Assembly (NCBI GenBank): GCA_018830565.1
Contig: JAHJRX010000079.1
Span: 1,899 to 65,898 of the forward strand
Length of the DNA stretch: 64,000 nt
From: a bacterium
GTDB taxonomy: Bacteria > UBA9089 > JAHJRX01
Reading direction: 5' to 3'
The position numbers and the translations under genes are program-made. Below, one piece after another: positions 29,648 to 38,001 of this stretch; position 1 is the first letter of the stretch, and every line of letters begins with the position of its first letter. Below the pieces are notes generated by a model. That model was not told the origin of the DNA. It made no database searches and saw nothing but the letters and a program-made list of their open reading frames with translations.

Positions 29648-29769
29648 GATCCAAATAAATCAAGTTGGCAAAAAGTAGTTAAAGAAGACGGTAGTCCTTA
29701 GACCATAGACTCAAGACGGCCAGGGAAGGTTTTTGTTAATATATGCAATCTGATAAATAACTTGTATTT

Positions 29770-29837
29770 CCACCCCCTACCCCCGCCAGCGGGGGATAAG
29801 CTCGAGGCTGTCCCCCGCTGGCGGGGGTAGGGGGTGG
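29770..29837. repeat. GC-rich REP-like palindrome (two inverted copies of CCACCCCCTACCCCCGCCAGCGGGGGAT)
   Basis: ccaccccctacccccgccagcgggggataagctcgaggctgtcccccgctggcgggggtagggggtgg, bracketed by the outer inverted repeat atatgcaatc...gattgcatat. Same family as the repeats at 37.0-37.85 kb. Lies between lptD and rpoN (terminator-like position). Confidence 0.85.
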
Positions 29838-29948
29838 ATTTTCCCTACGAGGTATGTCAACTTAATTAATGGATTGCATATAACTACTATAGTAGTCAGA
29901 AAATAAAGATAACTGAAGGCTGAACGTTTATTTTTATAAGGAGTTTTA

Positions 29949-31328
29949 ATGTTAAGACAAGATATAAATATCCAACAAAGACAAATCTTAATTCCTCAAC
30001 TCCAGCAAAGTTTAAAGATTCTTCAACTTTCAAATGTAGAATTAATAGAGGAAATTAAGAATGAAGTGTTAGAGAATCCTTTTTTAGAAGAAGTAGAAGT
30101 ATCTCCTTTGGAAAGGTTAGAAGATTTAAAAAAAGAAAGGGACTTGGAAAAGGTTATCCATGATCTCGAAGAAGAGGCAGCAATATCTGGAACTTTAAAG
30201 AATCCAGATAATATCGTGAGAGAATCTCAAGGCATCGAATGGTTAGCTTCAGAAGAAGATACTTTATACCATTACTTACTCCATCAACTTCAACTTCTCT
30301 CTTTAAGTGAAAAAGAATTCCTTATTGGCAGACTCCTTCTAGAAAGAATAACACCTAATGGCTATTTAGAGGGTGACTTAGAATCTATTGCCGAAATAGT
30401 TAAAGAAGAAGTTAAGGCGGTAGAAGAGGTTTTACAGAAGATTCAGAACTTTGAACCTCCAGGGATAGGAGCAAGAAATTTAGAAGAAAACTTACTTATC
30501 CAAGCTAATTATTTAGGCATATTAGATCAAAACTTAGAGCAGATTATCAAGAGTTATCTACTTAGTATCCAGAAAGGCGAATATAAGAAGATTGCTTTGG
30601 GTTTAAATATTTCTCAAGAAAGAGTGCTGGACTATATTAGCCAGATTAAGACTTTAGAGCCCAAACCTACCAGGCTTTACGGAAGAGCAAATCCTTTATA
30701 TCTAGTGCCAGATGTCATCATTACCAAACAAGATTCTAGCTATCTAATAGAATTGTATAACGATTGGTTGCCTCCTCTTCAGATTAGTTCATACTACACC
30801 TTCTTATTAAAGAAGGAAGATATTCAAAAGGAGATTAGATCTTATCTCATCGAGCGATTAAAGAAAGCTAAATGGTTTCTCAGAAGTATTGATCAACGTC
30901 AGCAAACTATTTTAGCTATTGCTGAGGCTATTTTTAGCTATCAGAGGGAATTTTTAGAAGACGGGCCAGATAAGTTAAAAGCTTTAAAGATGGAAAGCAT
31001 TGCTAATTCCCTGGGAGTTCATTTAAGTACAGTTAGTCGAGCTGTGGCTAATAAATATCTTCAAACACCACTTGGTTTTTTTAGCTTTAAATACTTCTTT
31101 GCTGGTGGAAAAGAGAATGCTTCTGGCGAGAAAGTTTCTAAAGTAGGGATCAAGGAGATCTTAAAGAAAATTATAGATCAAGAAGAAAAAGATGCTCCTT
31201 TAAAGGATGAAGAGATTATTGGAAAGCTTAAAGAGCAGGGTTTTAAGCTGGCTCGTCGCACGATAGCTAAATATAGAGAAGAGTTAGGCGTCCTTCCTTC
31301 AAATTTAAGGAAAAAGAGATCAGGTTAA
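29949..31328 (+). CDS. rpoN: RNA polymerase sigma-54 factor
   Basis: 459 aa. N-terminal Gln/Leu-rich region I, core-binding region, and C-terminal RpoN box ARRTIAKYRE. Confidence 0.9.
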   Translation: MLRQDINIQQRQILIPQLQQSLKILQLSNVELIEEIKNEVLENPFLEEVEVSPLERLEDLKKERDLEKVIHDLEEEAAISGTLKNPDNIVRESQGIEWLASEEDTLYHYLLHQLQLLSLSEKEFLIGRLLLERITPNGYLEGDLESIAEIVKEEVKAVEEVLQKIQNFEPPGIGARNLEENLLIQANYLGILDQNLEQIIKSYLLSIQKGEYKKIALGLNISQERVLDYISQIKTLEPKPTRLYGRANPLYLVPDVIITKQDSSYLIELYNDWLPPLQISSYYTFLLKKEDIQKEIRSYLIERLKKAKWFLRSIDQRQQTILAIAEAIFSYQREFLEDGPDKLKALKMESIANSLGVHLSTVSRAVANKYLQTPLGFFSFKYFFAGGKENASGEKVSKVGIKEILKKIIDQEEKDAPLKDEEIIGKLKEQGFKLARRTIAKYREELGVLPSNLRKKRSG

Positions 31329-31347
31329 AAAAGGAGTAAAGTAAGAA

Positions 31348-32772
31348 ATGAAAGTTACCGATGAAATTATTAAAAGTCGTCTTGAAAAATTAGAAAGACT
31401 AAAGGAAGAAGGAATAGATCCTTTTGGAGGCAGGTATGAAGTTAATAGTAATTCCCAAGAGATTAAAGAACATTTTAAAGAGGGGGAAGAAAAGACAGTC
31501 AAGATAGGAGGAAGAATTATCTTTCTTCGTCAACATGGGAAGGCTTGTTTTGCTAACATCAAAGATGCCAAAGGAGAGATTCAAGTTTATGCTAAATATG
31601 ATCTTTTAGGAGAAAAGAATTATCGTTTTTTTACTAAGTTAGACATAGGAGACTTTATCGGGGTTTCAGGTAAAGTCTTTAGAACCTTAAAAGGAGAGAT
31701 TACTATCTCCGTAGAAGAGTTTACTTTTTTAACTAAGTCCTTACATCCACTTCCAGAAAAGTATCATGGACTGCAGGATGTTGAGCTTCGTTATCGTCAA
31801 AGATACTTAGATTTAATGGTCAATAAGGAAGTGACGAATGTTTTTATTCTTAGAAGTAAGATTATTCATAAAATAAGGGAATTTTTAAATAAAGAAGATT
31901 TTTTAGAAGTAGAAACACCAATGATGCATCCTATTGCCGGAGGTGCCCTAGCTCGTCCTTTTGAAACTTATCACCATGCTTTAAATATGAAGCTTTTTTT
32001 AAGAATTGCTCCTGAGTTATATTTAAAGAAGTTAATCATAGGGGGTCTTAATAAAGTTTATGAATTAAATCGTTGTTTTCGCAATGAAGGAATCTCTATT
32101 AAACATAATCCAGAATTTACCATGATCGAGATTTATCAAGCTTTAGCTGATTACTTAAGCATGATGGATCTCACCGAGAGATTAATAAAATTTGTGGCTT
32201 TAGAAACCTTAGGTTCTTTAAAGTTATCCTATCAAGGTCAACCAATAAACTTAGAGGAACCTTGGAGAAGAATGACCTTATTAGAGGCGGTCAAGAAATA
32301 CACTGGAGAAGATTTAACTTCTTTGGACAAAGTGAAAGAATTGGCTTTAAAGTTACAAGTAGAATTTCAAGAAGAAGAAAATGAAGGAGAAGTCTTAGAC
32401 CATATCTTTGGAAAATATGTCGAGCCAAATTTAATAGCCCCTACTTTCATTATGGATTATCCTACCGTAGTTTCTCCTTTAGCTAAAAAGAAGAAGGATC
32501 CTTTGTGGGTAGAAAGGTTTGAATTATACATGGCGGGACAAGAACTCGGTAATGCTTATTCAGAATTAAATGACCCTTTCGAGCAAAGGGAAAGGTTTAA
32601 AGCTCAGAAAAAGGAAAAGATGGATGAAGATTTCTTGCAAGCTTTAGAATATGGTCTTCCACCTACCGGCGGGTTGGGGATTGGTATTGATAGATTAGTC
32701 ATGATCTTAGCTGATGTTTCTTCAATCAAAGAGGTAATATTATTTCCCCAGCTTCGACCTACAGAAGATTAA
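31348..32772 (+). CDS. lysS: Lysine--tRNA ligase (class II)
   Basis: 474 aa. OB-fold anticodon-binding N-domain; class II motifs FEVETPMMH, FRNEG, GGLGIGIDRLVM. Confidence 0.95.
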   Translation: MKVTDEIIKSRLEKLERLKEEGIDPFGGRYEVNSNSQEIKEHFKEGEEKTVKIGGRIIFLRQHGKACFANIKDAKGEIQVYAKYDLLGEKNYRFFTKLDIGDFIGVSGKVFRTLKGEITISVEEFTFLTKSLHPLPEKYHGLQDVELRYRQRYLDLMVNKEVTNVFILRSKIIHKIREFLNKEDFLEVETPMMHPIAGGALARPFETYHHALNMKLFLRIAPELYLKKLIIGGLNKVYELNRCFRNEGISIKHNPEFTMIEIYQALADYLSMMDLTERLIKFVALETLGSLKLSYQGQPINLEEPWRRMTLLEAVKKYTGEDLTSLDKVKELALKLQVEFQEEENEGEVLDHIFGKYVEPNLIAPTFIMDYPTVVSPLAKKKKDPLWVERFELYMAGQELGNAYSELNDPFEQRERFKAQKKEKMDEDFLQALEYGLPPTGGLGIGIDRLVMILADVSSIKEVILFPQLRPTED

Positions 32773-32802
32773 ATATTTACTTTATTTTTAAGGAGGAAAA
32801 AA

Positions 32803-33432
32803 GTGATTCAGTTATTAGTAAAAGGTGGCGTGGTAATGATTCCCATCTTTATTTGTTCAATTATCGCTCTGGCTATTATCATTGAAAGAGCTTATGTCTT
32901 AATAAGACTTAGAAGAAGATCCAAAGAATTTATGCCTAATTTGAGAATGATCTTAGAGAAAGAAGATTATCAACAAGCCAAATTTTTTTGCGAGGAAGAA
33001 GATTTTATAGTGGCTTTGATCTGGAAAGAAGGTTTAGAGAGAATCTTACAAAAAAAGAAAGATTTCAAAGAAGTAATAGCTCATAAATCAGAAGATTTAG
33101 TCTTATCCTTAGAAAAAGGGTTAAATACTTTAGCTACCGTAGCTCATATTTCTCCTCTTTTAGGATTATTAGGGACCGTGACCGGAATGATCAGAGCTTT
33201 TATGGTCGTAGAGCAGTTAGCAGGAAGAGTTAACGCCACTTCTTTAGCTGGAGGGATTTGGGAAGCTTTGATTACTACCGCCGCTGGATTAGTAGTAGCT
33301 ATTCCAGCTATGGCTGCTCACCATTATTTAGTAGATGGAATCAATCATGTAATTAAAGAGATAGAGGAAGACTCCTATCAGTTAGTAAGCTTGATTGGTG
33401 ATAAAGATAAACCATCAGGAGATCTTTTATGA
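32803..33432 (+). CDS. exbB: MotA/TolQ/ExbB proton-channel family protein
   Basis: 209 aa, 3 TM helices. LxTxAxxAPLLGLLGTVxGMIxAF motif. Confidence 0.85.
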   Translation: MIQLLVKGGVVMIPIFICSIIALAIIIERAYVLIRLRRRSKEFMPNLRMILEKEDYQQAKFFCEEEDFIVALIWKEGLERILQKKKDFKEVIAHKSEDLVLSLEKGLNTLATVAHISPLLGLLGTVTGMIRAFMVVEQLAGRVNATSLAGGIWEALITTAAGLVVAIPAMAAHHYLVDGINHVIKEIEEDSYQLVSLIGDKDKPSGDLL

Positions 33433-33845
33433 AGTTTAGGAAAGTTTTAGTTTTAAAGGCTCGTCTGGATATGGCTCCATTAATTGATGTTGTCTTTTTA
33501 CTACTGATCTTCTTTTTGTTAACCTCCTCTTTTGTTTTACAACCAGGAATTAAAGTAAAGTTACCTAAAGCTAAAACTACCGAGATATCAAAGGAAGAAG
33601 AAGTGTATATTACTATTGATAAGGATAACTTTCTTTATCTTAATGAAAAGTTAATCCCTGAAGAAGAATTAAATAAGAGATTGCTAAGGCTGGCTAGCGA
33701 AGATCCTAATAAGTTAGTCATTGTCAAAGCAGATCAAGATGTTCGACATGGAAGGGTAGTCGGAGTATTAGATCAGATAAAAAGATCAGGTTTAAGTAAA
33801 TTAGCCATTGCTACTCAGCCAGAGGAAGTAAAGAGTCAAGATTAA
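33429..33845 (+). CDS. exbD: Biopolymer transport protein ExbD/TolR
   Basis: 138 aa. Single N-terminal TM (MAPLIDVVFLLLIFFLL) and periplasmic domain. ATGA overlap with exbB. Confidence 0.85.
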   Translation: MKFRKVLVLKARLDMAPLIDVVFLLLIFFLLTSSFVLQPGIKVKLPKAKTTEISKEEEVYITIDKDNFLYLNEKLIPEEELNKRLLRLASEDPNKLVIVKADQDVRHGRVVGVLDQIKRSGLSKLAIATQPEEVKSQD

Positions 33846-33875
33846 AGGTGGAAGATAGCCAAGAAGGAAGGGTTA

Positions 33876-34700
33876 ATGAAAGAAGTAAGATTTACTAAAT
33901 TTCTCATGATTTCTATGTTTATTCATCTTGTTTTTGGACTAATATTGTCGAGAGTACCTATAAATTATAATCGATCTTCTACTTTTAAAGTAATTGAAAT
34001 CTCTTTAATAGATCTTGTCCCTGATAATTATTTAGTAATTGCTAAAGGCATGGTCAAAGAGATTTGCGAAAGAAAAGAGATGTTAAAATTTAAGGAGAAG
34101 AACAAAAGTAGTGAGGTAAAACTTACCTCACTGTTAGAGAGTTTTCAAGCTAAAAAGGAAGGAATGATAGAGGAAGATCCTTTAATTTTAAAGAAGTTAG
34201 AAGAGGTTAAACCTAAAAATCGTTTAAAAGAAGACTTTATTTCTAAGCAAGTCTCTATCACTAAGGAAATATTGCCGTATCAATTAAATTCTGGTTTGGC
34301 CATGGCCAAAGACATAGAGGAGGAAATGCCTATTTCTTTTCCTCGGGCTAAAGAGAAGGAAAGACTAATGATCCAAGAAGATAAAGATTTATTAAATAAT
34401 ATTACTTGCACCACTAAGATTAGCGGCCCTGTATTTCTTAGAAAAATTTTACATCAAGAAAATTTCCCCATTCCTTCTTGGTTAGAAAGAGAAGGAATTA
34501 CTTGGCGAGGTAAATTTAAATTTTGGGTGCTGCCCGATGGTTATGTAGATAAGGTCTCAGTAGAAGAGTCTTTTGGTGATAGAAGGGTAGATTCTTTAGC
34601 TTCCCAAATTATTTCGAAATGGAGATTTTCAAAACTCCCAGATTATTTAAAGGAAAAAGAAGAGTGGGGGTTAATTGATCTAAAAATCTTGTTGAGATAA
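33876..34700 (+). CDS. TonB/TolA-like energy-transducer protein (N-terminal TM, charged linker, TonB-C-like domain)
   Basis: 274 aa. N-terminal TM; Lys/Glu-rich linker; C-terminal ...GKFKFWVLPDGYVDKVSVEESFGDRRVDSLASQIISKWRFSKL. Follows exbBD. Confidence 0.5.
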   Translation: MKEVRFTKFLMISMFIHLVFGLILSRVPINYNRSSTFKVIEISLIDLVPDNYLVIAKGMVKEICERKEMLKFKEKNKSSEVKLTSLLESFQAKKEGMIEEDPLILKKLEEVKPKNRLKEDFISKQVSITKEILPYQLNSGLAMAKDIEEEMPISFPRAKEKERLMIQEDKDLLNNITCTTKISGPVFLRKILHQENFPIPSWLEREGITWRGKFKFWVLPDGYVDKVSVEESFGDRRVDSLASQIISKWRFSKLPDYLKEKEEWGLIDLKILLR

Positions 34701-34728
34701 CGACCTAATCTTACTAAGGAGGAATACT

Positions 34729-35446
34729 ATGGCCAAAATATTGATTGTTGATGATGAAAAGGACTTAGCTATTACATTAGGGGATATCCTTGAACTTGAA
34801 GGGCATCAGGTAACCTCAGTATTAGATGGGTATAAGGCAATTGAGGAGACAAAGAATACCCATTATGACCTTGTCCTGATGGATATTAGATTGCCCGGGA
34901 TAAATGGGGTGGAGACATTTATCCAGATTAAAAAGATTGACCCGAAGGTAAAGGTAGTGATGATGACCGGGTTTGCGGTAGAGGATTTGATTGAAGAGGC
35001 AATTAAACAAGGGGCTTATGCCTGCATCCATAAACCATTTGATTTACAGAAGGTGATAAAATTAATACAAGAGGTTATCAGCGAAAACAAAAAGGTAATC
35101 TTAATTGCTAATGGTGATAGCAAAACAAGGGAAGAGGTCCAGTCGGCACTTGCTGAAAAAGGTTATCGCACCTGCACAGCCAGGGACAGCAAAGAAGTAC
35201 TTACAAAACTTAAAGAGAAGTCCTATCATTGTATCTTAGCTAAATATAAGTTTGCCTGAAGTAAACGGCTTAAGGATATTAGAAGATGCAAAGAAATTAT
35301 ATCCTGATATTGTGGTTATTATTATGGCGGATTGCGACTTATCTGAGATGCTCAAGGATAAAAAGCAATTATCTGTTTATGCGTATATCAAAAAACCAAT
35401 TGATATTGATGAATTAACTAAGCTACTCAAGGAGGCGAATCTGTAA
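34729..35446 (+). pseudogene. Tandem-receiver (REC-REC) response regulator split by a +1 frameshift; second REC lacks the phospho-acceptor Asp
   Basis: First ORF 34729-35259 = REC1 + N-half of REC2, ending ...YHCILAKYKFA*. Second ORF 35252-35446 continues LPEVNGLRILED.... Removing one T from TTT at 35251-35253 restores ...ILAKYKLPEVNGL.... REC2 has K where the Asp is expected. Higher GC than upstream genes. Confidence 0.6.
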
Positions 35447-35463
35447 ATAGGAGGTGAATCAAG

Positions 35464-35646
35464 GTGCGATATACAGTTATTATTGAAAATGGAAGAGAGT
35501 CTGGTTATGTTGCTTTTTGCCCTATATTAAAGGGTTGCGTATCGCAAGGTGCTACAAAAGAAGAATCTTTAGCTAATCTTAAAGAGGCAATGGGCGGGTA
35601 TCTTGAAGCCCTTATTGAAGATGGAATAAAATGTAACTACTCATAA
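35464..35646 (+). CDS. hicB: HicB-like (UPF0150) antitoxin, orphan
   Basis: 60 aa. MRYTVIIENGRESGYVAFCPILKGCVSQGATKEESLANLKEAMGGYLEA matches the HicB_like antitoxin pattern. No adjacent HicA found. Confidence 0.55.
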   Translation: MRYTVIIENGRESGYVAFCPILKGCVSQGATKEESLANLKEAMGGYLEALIEDGIKCNYS

Positions 35647-35672
35647 AATTGGGGGAAAAACCATAAAGATAA

Positions 35673-35779
35673 ACCACAAAGTTCACAAAGAAAATTCACA
35701 AAGTTCACAAAGATTTACAATATAATTCATTTTCATTCATTCTTTGTGTCCTTTGTGCTTCCTTTGTGCACTTTGTGGT
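35673..35779. promoter_or_regulatory. 107-bp imperfect palindrome built from CACAAAG iterons (4 direct + 4 inverted copies)
   Basis: accacaaagttcacaaagaaaattcacaaagttcacaaagatttacaa [tataattcattttcattcattc] tttgtgtcctttgtgcttcctttgtgcactttgtggtt. Lies between the HicB and FIST genes. Confidence 0.7.
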
Positions 35780-35835
35780 TAAATATTTCCGAAAAGATTT
35801 TGAGTAGTTACGAATGAATTAAGGAGGCAAAAACA

Positions 35836-36953
35836 ATGTATTTTCCAACAACTAATGCCGAGGAGATTGTTAACATCGTTTGCGGTATGGAGATAAGGGA
35901 CACAGATGTCGTCTTGATCCTGCTTGGCGAAAAGGATATGCCGGATGTTACCCGGATGATTTCGGGGCTGAATGAAAGTGGGTTAAAGTTTTTTGGCGGG
36001 GTCTTTCCCGGTCTTATTTACGATGACAAGAAATATGAACAAGGGGCGGTGATTAAGGTTTTGCCGGCATTAGCCGGTCCGTACTTGATTAAGGGGCTTG
36101 ACACTGAACAGATTGAGATACCCGATTTTTTCAGCTACCCAAACAAAAAATATACGGCTATGGTTCTTGTAGATGGGCTGACCTCAAATATCGCCTTATT
36201 CCTTTCCCAACTGTTTGACCGGCTGGGCAATTCTGTCCATTATTTTGGTGGTGGGGCAGGTTCTATTACCCTCAAACCACAACCCTGCCTTTTTTTACTC
36301 GGGAGGGATTTGTCCAGGATGCCGCCGTGGTTACCTTTATCAAAGCACAATGTAAACTTGGTGTTGCCCATGGCTGGAAAAAACTTGCCGGACCCATTGT
36401 CGCCAACAAAACCTGTAAAAATGTAGTCATGGAACTAAACTGGAAAAACGCCCTTACCGTGTACCGGGAAATAGTAGAAGCTGATTCAGGGATTAAGCTA
36501 TCTATAGAAAACTTTTATGATCTGGCAATGCGGTATCCCTTTGGGATATACAAAGAAGGGGCTGAGGATATTGTGCGCGACCCGATTATGACAAATGAGA
36601 AGGGAGAATTAATCTGTGTAGGTGAGGTGCCTGAGCATAGTCTGTTAAACATCTTAAAGGGTGAGCCGGACTCCCTTATTCAAGCCGCAGGCAAGGCAGC
36701 TAAAGAGGCTTGCGGAAAAGAAATCCATTGTCCTTTGGTGGCTGACTGCATCTCAAGGACACTTTTCCTGAGAGAGGATTTTATCAGAGAATTAGCCGCT
36801 GTAAAGGAAAATCTTGTGGTGTCAGACGCGTCTGGAACAGGTGAGCAAGGTATTCCCGCAGGCATGTTGACCTTAGGTGAAATCTCATCTTACGGTGAGA
36901 CAACATTAGAGTTTTTTAATAAAACTATTGTGATAGGAGGATGTTATAAATAA
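35836..36953 (+). pseudogene. FIST-domain (FIST_N + FIST_C) signalling protein, frameshifted in a T7 homopolymer
   Basis: ORF1 35836-36426 and ORF2 36327-36953 overlap. The ORF2 frame extends upstream to the T7 run at 36290-36296 (ccctgcctttttttactcgg). Eight Ts would give a continuous protein of about 372 aa. C-terminus GEISSYGETTLEFFNKTIVIGG matches the FIST_C end. Confidence 0.55.
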
Positions 36954-37001
36954 AAATGATCGGTCAGGGGGAAAAAGAATTACCTTTGATGATATGATAA
37001 G

Positions 37002-37128
37002 TATCCCCCGCTGGCGGTAGCTGGGGGTGGAATCTCATCCACTGGTGGGGATTAGGGTACTGATATTTGGCGGCAGAAGGTTGAGAGGCTTTGAATATCC
37101 CCCGCTGGCGGGGGTAGGGGGTGGAATG
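37002..37128. repeat. GC-rich REP-like repeats R1/R2 upstream of the DUF559 gene
   Basis: tatcccccgctggcggtagctgggggtggaatc and gggtactgatatttggcggcagaaggttgagaggctttgaatatcccccgctggcgggggtagggggtggaatg. The latter is about 95% identical to 37771-37848. Confidence 0.85.
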
Positions 37129-37563
37129 AACTCTGATAATACAAATAACTTTGGCTATCAAAAAGAATTACAGCCTTTTGCAAATACCTTGCGTAAAAAT
37201 ATGACAAAGGCTGAGGCTTGTTTATGGAAATTTGTTTTACGAGCCGGCAATATGAAAGGATTTATCTTTCGCAGACAAAGACCGGTTTTAAAATATATTG
37301 CTGATTTTATGTGTAAAGAATTAATGTTAGTGATTGAGGTAGATGGGATAACACATCAACAGGAAGAAGTAAATGAAAAAGATAAAATTAAACAAAAAGA
37401 TTTGGAATATGCAGGATTTAAAGTAATACGATTTAATGATGAGGAAGTATTAAATGATATTGAAAATGTGAGAAGAGAAATAGAATTTAATGTTGAGGAA
37501 ATTCAGGGAAGGAAGGAGATTCCACCCCCTAACCCCCGCCAGCGGGGGACAGCCACCCCCTAA
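37126..37563 (+). CDS. DUF559 endonuclease-domain protein (Vsr/restriction-endonuclease-like fold)
   Basis: About 145 aa from ATG 37126. LRKNMTKAEACLWKFVLRAGNMKGFIFRRQRPVLKYIADFMCKELMLVIEVDGITH...GFKVIRFNDEEVLNDIENV matches the DUF559 consensus. The last ~15 codons are encoded by the downstream REP copy. The ORF-track start 37027 is read-through from the repeat. Confidence 0.65.
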   Translation: MNSDNTNNFGYQKELQPFANTLRKNMTKAEACLWKFVLRAGNMKGFIFRRQRPVLKYIADFMCKELMLVIEVDGITHQQEEVNEKDKIKQKDLEYAGFKVIRFNDEEVLNDIENVRREIEFNVEEIQGRKEIPPPNPRQRGTATP

Positions 37564-37650
37564 CCCCCGCCAGCGGGGGATATTGCCTGCTGAGGGAGTA
37601 GAGCACCCCTGGCAGAGGTCACTAACCCCCGCCAGCGAGGGATATAATAA
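37518..37650. repeat. GC-rich REP-like repeats R3-R5 (inverted relative to R2) downstream of DUF559
   Basis: gattccaccccctaacccccgccagcgggggacagccaccccctaacccccgccagcgggggatattg ... ctaacccccgccagcgagggatataat. Confidence 0.85.
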
Positions 37651-37746
37651 GTGTTGAAGAGTAATGAGTCAGTGATTGGGGGAATTTGTTTTAGCGGAGT
37701 GAACTTCACACACCCCTAAATCCTTTCTTGAGAGAGGTTAGTGGAT

Positions 37747-37848
37747 TATATCCCCCGCCAGCGAGGGATAGGGTACTGATATTTGGCGGCAGAAGGTTGA
37801 GGCTCCGAATATCCCCCGCTGGCGGGGGTTAGGGGGTGGAATCTCCTT
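37747..37848. repeat. GC-rich REP-like repeats R6/R7 (direct copy of R2 including the 40-nt flank gggtactgatatttggcggcagaaggttgag)
   Basis: tatatcccccgccagcgagggatagggtactgatatttggcggcagaaggttgaggctccgaatatcccccgctggcgggggttagggggtggaatctcc. Additional inverted repeat gtcagtgattggggga (37667-37682) / tcccccaatcactgac (37864-37879). Confidence 0.85.
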
Positions 37849-38001
37849 CCTATAGAAATCCCTCCCCCAATCACTGACACATTACGTTGAAGAAACAAGA
37901 TATCGGGTACGACTACTACCCATTTAATCAAAATAATTTCGATTTGTGCAGTCAAGCAGCTATTTTGCAGAAGTCTTCAGATATTATAAAAGGAGGGTGT
38001 T

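Noticed and set aside
36964-37161. ORFs 36964-37161(-), 37746-37955(-) and the 5' extension of 37027-37563(+)
   Set aside because: They are encoded by the GC-rich REP-like palindromes (Pro/Gly/Arg-rich translations in both orientations). The DUF559 gene most plausibly starts at ATG 37126.
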